A stretch of DNA of 64,000 nucleotides from Eledone cirrhosa (lineage: Eukaryota): the NCBI GenBank assembly GCA_964016885.1, contig OZ024744.1, forward strand, positions 127,162,001-127,226,000. The letters are read 5' to 3'. The translations under genes were made by a program, and so were the position numbers. The notes under the pieces are model-generated. The model saw only the letters and a program-made list of their open reading frames with translations, did not search any database and was not told where the DNA came from. Positions within the stretch are counted from its first letter, which is position 1; the number at the start of each line of letters is the position of its first letter. Shown here piece by piece: positions 51,171 to 62,300 of the stretch.

Positions 51171-54100
51171 TGGGGTTAAGTTAAGCTGGGGTTAAGTTAA
51201 GTTGGGGGTAAGTTAAGTTGGGGTTAAGTTAAGTTGGGGGTAAGTTAAGTTGAGGGTAAGTTAAGTTGGGGTTAAGTTAAGTTGGGGTTAAATTAAGTTG
51301 GGGGTAAGTTAAGTTGGGGGTAAGTTAAGTTGGGGTTAAGTTAAGTTGGGGTTAAATTAAGTTGAGGTTAAGTTAAGTTGGGGTTAAGTTAAATTGGGGT
51401 TAATTTAAGTTGGGGGTAAGATAAGTTGGGGTTAAGTTAAGTTGGGGTTAAGATAAGTTGGGGTTAAGTTAAGTTGGGGTTAAGTTAAGTTGGGGTTGAG
51501 TTAATTTGGGGGTAGGTTAAGTTGGGGGCAAGTTAAGTTGGGGTTAAGTTAAGTTGGGGTTAAGTTAAGTTGGGTTTAAGTTAAGTTGGGGCTAAGTTAA
51601 GTTGGGGCTAAGTTAAGTTGGGGCTGAGTTAAGTTGGGGTTAAGTTAAGTTGGGGTTGAGTTAAGTTGGGGTTATGTTAAGTTAGGGTTGAATTAAGTTG
51701 GGGTTGAGTTAAGTTGGGGTTGAGTTAAGTTGGGGTTAAGTTAAGTTGGCGTTAAGTTAAGTTGGGGTTAAGTTAAGTTGCGGTTAAGTTAATTTGCGGT
51801 TAAGTTAGGTTGTGGGTTAAGTTAAGTTGGGGTTAAGTTAAGCTGGGGTTAAGTTGGGGTAAGTTAAGTTGGGGTTAAGTTAAGTTGGGGTTAAGTTAAG
51901 TTGGGGTTAAGTTAAGTTGGGGTTAAGTTAAGTTGGGGTTGAGTTAAGTTGGGGTTGAGTTAAGTTGGGGTTAAGTTAAGTTGGGGTTAAGTTAAGTTGG
52001 GGTTAAGTTAAGTTGGGGGTAAGTTAAGTTGGGGTTAAGTTAATTTGCGGTTAAGTTAGGTTGTGGGTTAAGTTAAGTTGGGGTTAAGTTAAGCTGGGGT
52101 TAAGTTGGGGTAAGTTAAGTTGGGGTTAAGTTAAGTTGGGGTTAAGTTAAGTTGGGGTTAAATTAAGTTGGGGTTAAGTTAAGTTGGGGTTATGTTAAGT
52201 TGGGGTTAAGTTAAGTTGCGGTTAAGTTAAGTTGGGGTTAAGTTAAGTTGGGGTTAAGTTAAGTTGGGGTTAAGTTAAGTTGGAGTTAAGTTAAGTTGGG
52301 GTTAACTTAAGTTGGGGTTAAGTTGGGGTTAAGTTAAGTTGGGGTTAAGTTAAGTTGGGGGTTAGTTAATTTGGGGGCAAGTTAATTGGGGTTAATTTAA
52401 GTTGGGGTTAAGTTAAGTTGGGGTTATGCTAAGTTGGGGTTAAGTTAAGTTGGGGTTAAGTTAAGTTGGGGGTAAGTTAAGTTGGGGTTAAGTTAAGTTG
52501 GGGGTAAGTTAAGTTGGGGGTAAGTTAAGTTGAGGGTAAGTTAAGTTGGGGTTAAGTTAAGTTGGGGTTAAATTGAGTTGGGGGTAAGTTAAGTTGGGGG
52601 TAAGTTAAGTTGGGGTTAAGTTAAGTTGGGGTTAAATTAAGTTGAGGTTAAGTTAAGTTGGGGTTAAGTTAAGTTGGGGTTAAGTTAAGTTGGGGGTAAG
52701 ATAAGTTGGGGCTAAGTTAAGTTGGGGCTAAGTCAAGTTGGGGTTAAGTTAAGTTGGGGTTAAGTTAAGTTGGGGTTAAGGTAAGTTGGGGTTATGTTAA
52801 GTTGGGGCTAAGTTAAGTTGGGGCTAAGTTAAGTTGGGGCTGAGTTAAGTTGGGGTTAAGTTAAGTTGGGGTTGAGTTAAGTTGGGGTTAAGTTAAGTTG
52901 GGATTAAGTTAAGTTGGGGTTAAGTTAAGTTCGGCTTGAGTTAAGTTGGGGTTAAGTTAAGTTGGGGTTAATTTAAGTTGGGGTTAAGTTAAGTTGGGGT
53001 TAAGATAAGTTGGGGTTAAGTTAAGTTGGGGTTAAGTTAAGTTGGGGTTGAGTTAATTTGGGGTTAAGTTAAGTTGGGGTTAACTTAAGTTGGGGTTAAG
53101 TTGGGGTTAAGTTAAGTTGGGGTTAAGTTAAGTTGGGGGTAGGTTAAGTTGGGGGCAAGTTAAGTTGGGGTTAAGTTAAGTTGGGGTTAAGTTAAGTTGG
53201 GGGTAAGTTAAGTTGGGTTTAAGTTAAGTTGGGGTTAAGTTAAGTTGGGTTTAAGTTAAGTTGGGGCTAAGTTAAGTTGGGGCTAAGTTAAGTTGGGGCT
53301 GAGTTAAGTTGGGGTTAAGTTAAGTTGGGGTTGAGTTAAGTTGGGGTTATGTTAAGTTAGGGTTGAGTTAAGTTGGGGTTGAGTTAAGTTGGGGTTGAGT
53401 TAAGTAGGGGTTAAGTTAAGTTGGCGTTAAGTTAAGTTTGGGTTAAGTTAAGTTGGGGTCAAGTTAATTTGCGGTTAAGTTAGGTTGTGGGTTAAGTTAA
53501 GTTGGGGTTAAGTTAAGCTGGGGTTAAGTTGGGGTAAGTTAAGTTGGGGGTAAATTAAGTTGGGGTTAAGTTAAGTTGGGGTTAAGTTAAGTTGGGGTTG
53601 AGTTAAGTTGGGGTTGAGTTAAGTTGGGGTTGAGTTAAGTTGGGGTTGAGTTAAGTTGGGGTTAAGTTAAGTTGGGGTTAAGTTAAGTTGGGGGTAAGTT
53701 AAGTTGGGGTTAAGTTAAGTTGGGGTTAAGTTAAGTTGGGGTTAAGTTAAGTTGGGGTTAAGTTAAGTTGGGGTTTAGTTAAGTTGGGGGTTAGTTAAGT
53801 TGGGGGCAAGTTAAGTTGGGGTTAATTTAAGTTGGGGTTAAGTTAAGTTGGGGTTATGTTAAGTTGGGGTTAAGTTAAGTTGGGGTTAAGTTAAGTTGGG
53901 GGTAAGTTAAGTTGGGTGTAAGTTAAGTTGGGGTTAAGTTAAGTTGGGGTTAAGTTAAGTTGGGGGTTAGTTAAGTTGGGGGCAAGTTAAGTTGGGGTTA
54001 TGTTAAGTTGGGGTTAAGTTAAGTTGGAGTTAAGTTAAGTTGGGGGTAAGTTAAGTTGGGGTTAAGTTAAGTTGGGGGTAAGTTAAGTTGAGGGTAAGTT

Positions 54101-55080
54101 AAGTTGGGGTTAAGTTAAGTTGGGGTTAAATTAAGTTGGGGGTAAGTTAAGTTGGGGGTAAGTTAAGTTGGGGTTAAGTTAAGTTGGGGTTAAATTAAGT
54201 TGAGGTTAAGTTAAGTTGGGGTTAAGTTAAATTGGGGTTAATTTAAGTTGTGGGTAAGATAAGTTGGGGTTAAGTTAAGTTGGGGTTAAGATAAGTTGGG
54301 GTTAAGTTAAGTTGGGGTTAAGTTAAGTTGGGGTTGAGTTAATTTGGGGTTAAGTTAAGTTGGGGTTAAGTTAAGTTGGGGTTAAGTTGGGGTTAAGTTA
54401 AGTTGGGGTTAAGTTAATTTGGGGGTAGGTTAAGTTGGGGGCAATTTAAGTTGGGGTTAAGTTAAGTTGGGGTTAAGTTAAGTTGGGTTTAAGTTAAGTT
54501 GGGGCTAAGTTAAGTTGGGGCTAAGTTAAGTTGGGGCTGAGTTAAGTTGGGGTTAAGTTAAGTTGGGGTTGAGTTAAGTTGGGGTTATGTTAAGTTAGGG
54601 TTGAGTTAAGTTGGGGTTGAGTTAAGTTGGGGTTAAGTTAAGTTGGCGTTAAGTTAAGTTGGGGTTAAGTTAAGTTGGGGTTAAGTTAATTTGCGGTTAA
54701 GTTAGGTTGTGGGTTAAGTTAAGTTGGGGTTAAGTTAAGCTGGGGTTAAGTTGGGGTAAGTTAAGTTGGGGTTAAGTTAAGTTGGGGTTAAGTTAAGTTG
54801 GGGTTAAATTAAGTTGGGGTTAAGTTAAGTTGGGGTTATGTTAAGTTGGGGTTAAGTTAAGTTGCGGTTAAGTTAAGTTGGGGTTAAGTTAAGTTGGGGT
54901 TAAGTTAAGTTGGGGTTAAGTTAAGTTGGAGTTAAGTTAAGTTGGGGTTAACTTAAGTTGGGGTTAAGTTGGGGTTAAGTTAAGTTGGGGTTAAGTTAAG
55001 TTGGGGGTTAGTTAAGTTGGGGGCAAGTTAAGTTGGGGTTAATTTAAGTTGGGGTTAAGTTAAGTTGGGGTTATGCTAAG
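47260..55080 (+). repeat. Tandem duplication of 3,911 bp
   Basis: Constant offset 3911: AAGCT 47274->51185, TTGCGG 47870->51781, AGTAGGGG 49494->53405, GGAG 50115->54026, TTGTGGGTAAGATA 50340->54251, TATGCT 51161->55072. Confidence 0.93.
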
Positions 55081-56359
55081 TTGGGGTTAAGTTAAGTTGG
55101 GGTTAAGTTAAGTTGGGGGTAAGTTAAGTTGGGGTTAAGTTAAGTTGGGGGTAAGTTAAGTTGGGGGTAAGTTAAGTTGAGGGTAAGTTAAGTTGGGGTT
55201 AAGTTAAGTTGGGGTTAAATTGAGTTGGGGGTAAGTTAAGTTGGGGGTAAGTTAAGTTGGGGTTAAGTTAAGTTGGGGTTAAGTTAAGTTGGGGTTAAGT
55301 TAAGGTGGGGGTAAGTTAAGTTGGGGTTAAGTTAATTTGCGGTTAAGTTAGGTTGTGGGTTAAGTTAAGTTGGGGTTAAGTTAAGCTGGGGTTAAGTTGG
55401 GGTAAGTTAAGTTGGGGTTAAGTTAAGTTGGGGTTAAGTTAAGTTGGGGTTAAGTTAAGTTGGGGGTAAGTTAAGTTGGGGTTAAGTTGGGGTTGAGTTA
55501 ATTTGGGGTTAAGTTAAGTTGGGATTAAGTTAAGTTGGGGTTAAGTTAAGTTCGGGTTGAGTTAAGTTGGGGTTAAGTTAAGTTGGGGTTAATTTAAGTT
55601 GGGGTTAAGTTAAGTTGGGGTTAAGATAAGTTGGGGTTAAGTTAAGTTGGGGTTAAGTTAAGTTGGGGTTGAGTTAATTTGGGGTTAAGTTAAGTTGGGG
55701 TTAACTTAAGTTTGGGTTAAGTTAAGTTGGGGTTAAATTAAGTTGGGGGTAAGTTAAGTTGGGTGCAAGTTGAGTTGGGGTTAAGTTAAGTTGGGGTTAA
55801 GTTAAGGTGGGGGTAAGTTAAGTTGGGGGTAAGTTAAGTTGGGGTTAAGTTAAGTTGGGGTTAAGTTAAGTTGGGTTTAAGTTAAGTTGGGGCTAAGTTA
55901 AGTTGGGGCTAAGTTAAGTTGGGGCTGAGTTAAGTTGGGGTTAACTTAAGTTGGGGTTAAGTTGGGGTTAAGTTAAGTTGGGGTTAAATTAAGTTGGGGG
56001 TTAGTTAAGTTGGGGCAAGTTAAGTTGGGGTTAATTTAAGTTGGGGTTAAGTTAAGTTGGGGTTAAATTAAGTTGGGGTTAAGTTAAGTTGGGGTTGAGG
56101 TAAGTTGGGGTTATGTTAAGTTGGGGCTAAGTTAAGTTGGGGCTAAGTTAAGTTGGGGCTGAGTTAAGTTGGGGTTAAGTTAAGTTGGGGTTGAGTTAAG
56201 TTGGGGTTAAGTTAAGTTGGGATTAAGTTAAGTTGGGGTTAAGTTAAGTTCGGCTTGAGTTAAGTTGGGGTTAAGTTAAGTTGGGGTTAATTTAAGTTGG
56301 GGTTAAGTTAAGTTGGGGTTAAGATAAGTTGGGGTTAAGTTAAGTTGGGGTTAAGTTAA

Positions 56360-59300
56360 GTTTGGGTTGAGTTAATTTGGGGTTAAGTTAAGTTGGGGTT
56401 AACTTAAGTTGGGGTTAAGTTGGGGTTAAGTTAAGTTGGGGTTATGTTAAGTTGGGGGTAGGTTAAGTTGGGGGCAAGTTAAGTTGGGGTTAAGTTAAGT
56501 TGGGGTTAAGTTAAGTTGGGTTTAAGTTAAGTTGGGGCTAAGTTAAGTTGGGGCTAAGTTAAGTTGGGGCTGAGTTAAGTTGGGGTTAAGTTAAGTTGGG
56601 GTTGAGTTAAGTTGGGGTTATGTTAAGTTAGGGTTGAGTTAAGTTGGGGTTGAGTTAAGTTGGGGTTGAGTTAAGTTGGGGTTAAGTTAAGTTGGCGTTA
56701 AGTTAAGTTGGGGTTAAGTTAAGTTGGGGTTAAGTTAATTTGAGGTTAAGTTAGGTTGTGGGTTAAGTTAAGTTGGGGTTAAGTTAAGCTGGGGTTAAGT
56801 TGGGGTAAGTTAAGTTGGGGTAAGTTAAGTTGGGGTTAAGTTAAGTTGGGGTTAAGTTAAGTTGGGGTTGAGTTAAGTTGGGGTTGAGTTAAGTTGGGGT
56901 TGAGTTAAGTTGTGGTTGAGTTAAGTTGGGGTTAAGTTAAGTTGGGGTTAAGTTAAGTTGGGGTTAAGTTAAGTTGGGGGTAGCTTAAGTTGGGGGCAAG
57001 TTAAGTTGGGGTTAAGTTAAGTTGGGTTTAAGTTAAGTTGGGGCTAAGTTAAGTTGGGGCTAAGTTAAGTTGGGGCTGAGTTAAGTTGGGGTTAAGTTAA
57101 GTTGGGGTTGAGTTAAGTTGGGGTTATGTTAAGTTAGGGTTGAGTTAAGTTGGGGTTGAGTTAAGTTGGGGTTGAGTTAAGTTGGGGTTAAGTTAAGTTG
57201 GCGTTAAGTTAAGTTGGGGTTAAGTTAAGTTGGGGTTAAGTTAATTTGCGGTTAAGTTAGGTTGTGGGTTAAGTTAAGTTGGGGTTAAGTTAAGCTGGGG
57301 TTAAGTTGGAGTAAGTTAAGTTGGGGGTAAGTTAAGTTAGGGTTAAGTTAAGTTGGGGTTAAGTTAAGTTGGGGTTAAGTTAAGTTGGGGTTAAGTTAAG
57401 TTGGGGTTGAGTTAAGTTGGGGTTGAGTTAAGTTGGGGTTAAGTTAAGTTGGGGTTAAGTTAAGTTGGGGTTAAGTTAAGTTGGGGTTAAGTTAAGTTGG
57501 GGTTAAGTTAAGTTGGGGGTAAGTTAAGTTAGGGTTAAGTTAAGTTGGGGTTAAGTTAAGTTGGGGTTAAGTTGGGGTAAGTTAAGTTGGGGTTAAGTTA
57601 AGTTGGGGTTAAGTTAAGTTGGGGTTAAGTTAAGTTGGGGGCAAGTTAAGTTGGGGGCAAGTTAAGTTGGGGTTAAGTTAAGTTGGGGTTAAGTTAAGTT
57701 GGGGTTAAGTTAAGTTGGGGTTAAGTTAAGTTGGGGTTAAGTTAAGTTGGGGTTTTGTTAAGTTGGGGTTAAGTTAAGTTGGGGTTAAGTTAAAGTTGGG
57801 GTTAAGTTAAGTTGGGCTTAAGTTAAGTTAGGGTTAATTTCAGTTGGGGTTATGTTAAGTTGGGGTTAAGTTAAGTTGGGGTTAAGTTAAGTTGGGGGTA
57901 AGTTAAGTGGGGTGTAAGTTAAGTTGGGGTTAATTTAAGTTGGGGTTCAGTTCAGTTGGGGTTAAGTTAAGTTGGGGTTAAGTTAAGCTGGGGGTAAGTT
58001 AAGTTGGGTGTAAGTTAAGTTGGGGTTAAGTTAAGTTGGGGTTAAGTTAAGTTGGGGGTTAGTTAAGTTGGGGGCAAGTTAAGTTGGGGTTAATTTAAGT
58101 TGGGGTTAAGTTAAGTTGGGGTTATGTTAAGTTGGGGTTAAGTTAAGTTGGGGGTAAGTTAAGTTGAGGGTAAGTTAAGTTGGGGTTAAGTTAAGTTGGG
58201 GTTAAATTAAGTTGGGAGTAAGTTAAGTTGGGGGTAAGTTAAGTTGGGGTTAAGTTAAGTTGGGGTTAAATTAAGTTGAGGTTAAGTTAAGTTGGGGTTA
58301 AGTTAAATTGGGGTTAATTTACGTTGGGGGTAAGATAAGTTGGGGCTAAGTTAAGTTGGGGCTAAGTCAAATGGGGTTAAGTCAAGTTGAGGTTAACTTA
58401 AGTTGGGGTTATGTTAAGTTGGGGTTAAGTTGGGGCTAAGTTAAGTTGGGGCTGAGTTAAGTTGGGGTTAAGTTAAGTTGGGGTTGAGTTAAGTTGGGGT
58501 TAAGTTAAGTTGGGATTAAGTTAAGTTGGGGTTAAGTTAAGTTCGGCTTGAGTTAAGTTGGGGTTAAGTTAAGTTGGGGTTAATTTAAGTTGGGGTTAAG
58601 TTAAGTTGGGGTTAAGATAAGTTGGGGTTAAGTTAAGTTGGGGTTAAGTTAAGTTGGGGTTGAGTTAATTTGGGGTTAAGTTAAGTTGGGGTTAAATTAA
58701 GTTGGGGTTAAGTTGGGGTTAAGTTAAGTTGGGGTTAAGTTAAGTTGGGGGTAGGTTAAGTTGGGGGCAAGTTAAGTTGGGGTTAAGTTAAGTTGGGGTT
58801 AAGTTAAGTTGGGGCTAAGTTAAGTTGGGGCTGAGTTAAGTTGGGGTTAAGTTAAGTTGGGGTTGAGTTAAGTTGGGGTTGAGTTAAGTTGGGGTTAAGT
58901 TAAGTTGGCGTTAAGTTAAGTTGGGGTTGAGTTAAGTTGGGGTTAAGTTAAGTTGGGGTTAATTTAATTTGCGGTTAAGTTAGGTTGTGGGTTAAGTTAA
59001 GTTGGGGTTAAGTTAAGCTGGGGTTAACTGGGGTAAGTTAAGTTGGGGTAAGTTAAGTTGGGGTTAAGTTAAGTTGGGGTTAAGTTAAGTTGGGGTTGAG
59101 TTAAGTTGGGGTTAAGTTAAGTTGGGGTTAAGTTAAGCTGGGGGTAAGTTGGGGTAAGTTAAGTTGGGGTAAGTTAAGTTGGGGTTAAGTTAAGTTGGGG
59201 TTAAGTTAATTTGCGGTTAAGTTAGGTTGTGGGTTAAGTTAAGTTGGGGTTAAGTTAAGCTGGGGTTAAGTTGGGGTAAGTTAAGTTGGGGTTAAGTTAA

Positions 59301-62300
59301 GTTGGGGTTAAGTTAAGTTGGGGTTAAGTTAAGCTGGGGTTAAGTTGGGGTAAGTTAAGTTGGGGTTAAGTTAAGTTGGGGTTAAGTTAAGTTGGGGTTA
59401 AGTTAAGTTGGGGGTAAGTTAAGTTGGGGGCAAGTTAAGTTGGGGTTAAGTTAAGTTGGGGTTAAGTTAAGTTGGGGTTAAGTTAAGTTGGGGTTAAGTT
59501 AAGTTAGGGTTAATTTCAGTTGGGGTTATGTTAAGTTGGGGTTAAGTTAAGTTGGGGTTAAGTTAAAGTTGGGGTTAAGTTAAGTTGGGGTTCAGTTGGG
59601 GTAAGTTAAGTTGGGGGTAAGTTAAGTTGGGGTTAAGTTAAGTTGGGGTTAAGTTAAGTTGGGGTTGAGTTAAGTTGGGGTTAAGTTAAGTTAGGGTTAA
59701 TTTCAGTTGGGGTTATGTTAAGTTGGGGTTAAGTTAAGTTGGGGTTAAGTTAAAGTTGGGGTTAAGTTCAGTTGGGGTTAATTTCAGTTGGGGTTATGTT
59801 AAGTTGGGGTTAAGTTAAGTTGGGGTTAAGTTAAAGTTGGGGTTAAGTTAAGTTGGGGTAAAGTTAAGTTAGGGTTAAGTTAAGTTGGGGTTAAGTTAAG
59901 TTGGGGTTAAATTAAGTTGGGGTTAAGTTAAGTTGGGGTTAAGTTAAGTTGGGGTTAAATTAAGTTGGGGTTCAGTTAAGTTGGGGTTAAATTAAGTTGG
60001 GGTTAAGTTAAGTTGGGGTTAGTTAAGTTGGGGTTAAGTTAAGTTGGGGTTAAGTTAAGTTGGGGTTAAGTTAAGTTGGGGTTAAGTTAAGTTGGGGTTA
60101 AGTTAAGTTGGGGTTAAGTTAAGTTGGGGTTAAGTTAAGTTGGGGTTAAGTTAAGTTGGGGTTAAGTTAAGTTGGGGTTCAGTTCAGTTGGGGTTGAATT
60201 AAGTTGGGGTTAAGTTAAGTTGGGGTTATGTTAAGTTTGGGTTGAGTTAATTTGGGGTTAAGTTAAGTTGGGGTTAACTTAAGTTGGGGTTAAGTTGGGG
60301 TTAAGTTAAGTTGGGGTTATGTTAAGTTGGGGGTAGGTTAAGTTGGGGGCAAGTTAAGTTGGGGTTAAGTTAAGTTGGGGTTAAGTTAAGTTGGGTTTAA
60401 GTTAAGTTGGGGCTAAGTTAAGTTGGGGCTAAGTTAAGTTGGGGCTGAGTTAAGTTGGGGTTAAGTTAAGTTGGGGTTGAGTTAAGTTGGGGTTATGTTA
60501 AGTTAGGGTTGAGTTAAGTTGGGGTTGAGTTAAGTTGGGGTTGAGTTAAGTTGGGGTTAAGTTAAGTTGGCGTTAAGTTAAGTTGGGGTTAAGTTAAGTT
60601 GGGGTTAAGTTAATTTGAGGTTAAGTTAGGTTGTGGGTTAAGTTAAGTTGGGGTTAAGTTAAGCTGGGGTTAAGTTGGGGTAAGTTAAGTTGGGGTAAGT
60701 TAAGTTGGGGTTAAGTTAAGTTGGGGTTAAGTTAAGTTGGGGTTGAGTTAAGTTGGGGTTGAGTTAAGTTGGGGTTGAGTTAAGTTGTGGTTGAGTTAAG
60801 TTGGGGTTAAGTTAAGTTGGGGTTAAGTTAAGTTGGGGTTAAGTTAAGTTGGGGGTAGCTTAAGTTGGGGGCAAGTTAAGTTGGGGTTAAGTTAAGTTGG
60901 GTTTAAGTTAAGTTGGGGCTAAGTTAAGTTGGGGCTAAGTTAAGTTGGGGCTGAGTTAAGTTGGGGTTAAGTTAAGTTGGGGTTGAGTTAAGTTGGGGTT
61001 ATGTTAAGTTAGGGTTGAGTTAAGTTGGGGTTGAGTTAAGTTGGGGTTGAGTTAAGTTGGGGTTAAGTTAAGTTGGCGTTAAGTTAAGTTGGGGTTAAGT
61101 TAAGTTGGGGTTAAGTTAATTTGCGGTTAAGTTAGGTTGTGGGTTAAGTTAAGTTGGGGTTAAGTTAAGCTGGGGTTAAGTTGGAGTAAGTTAAGTTGGG
61201 GGTAAGTTAAGTTAGGGTTAAGTTAAGTTGGGGTTAAGTTAAGTTGGGGTTAAGTTAAGTTGGGGTTAAGTTAAGTTGGGGTTGAGTTAAGTTGGGGTTG
61301 AGTTAAGTTGGGGTTAAGTTAAGTTGGGGTTAAGTTAAGTTGGGGTTAAGTTAAGTTGGGGTTAAGTTAAGTTGGGGTTAAGTTAAGTTGGGGGTAAGTT
61401 AAGTTAGGGTTAAGTTAAGTTGGGGTTAAGTTAAGTTGGGGTTAAGTTGGGGTAAGTTAAGTTGGGGTTAAGTTAAGTTGGGGTTAAGTTAAGTTGGGGT
61501 TAAGTTAAGTTGGGGGCAAGTTAAGTTGGGGGCAAGTTAAGTTGGGGTTAAGTTAAGTTGGGGTTAAGTTAAGTTGGGGTTAAGTTAAGTTGGGGTTAAG
61601 TTAAGTTGGGGTTAAGTTAAGTTGGGGTTTTGTTAAGTTGGGGTTAAGTTAAGTTGGGGTTAAGTTAAAGTTGGGGTTAAGTTAAGTTGGGCTTAAGTTA
61701 AGTTAGGGTTAATTTCAGTTGGGGTTATGTTAAGTTGGGGTTAAGTTAAGTTGGGGTTAAGTTAAGTTGGGGGTAAGTTAAGTGGGGTGTAAGTTAAGTT
61801 GGGGTTAATTTAAGTTGGGGTTCAGTTCAGTTGGGGTTAAGTTAAGTTGGGGTTAAGTTAAGCTGGGGGTAAGTTAAGTTGGGTGTAAGTTAAGTTGGGG
61901 TTAAGTTAAGTTGGGGTTAAGTTAAGTTGGGGGTTAGTTAAGTTGGGGGCAAGTTAAGTTGGGGTTAATTTAAGTTGGGGTTAAGTTAAGTTGGGGTTAT
62001 GTTAAGTTGGGGTTAAGTTAAGTTGGGGGTAAGTTAAGTTGAGGGTAAGTTAAGTTGGGGTTAAGTTAAGTTGGGGTTAAATTAAGTTGGGAGTAAGTTA
62101 AGTTGGGGGTAAGTTAAGTTGGGGTTAAGTTAAGTTGGGGTTAAATTAAGTTGAGGTTAAGTTAAGTTGGGGTTAAGTTAAATTGGGGTTAATTTACGTT
62201 GGGGGTAAGATAAGTTGGGGCTAAGTTAAGTTGGGGCTAAGTCAAATGGGGTTAAGTCAAGTTGAGGTTAACTTAAGTTGGGGTTATGTTAAGTTGGGGT

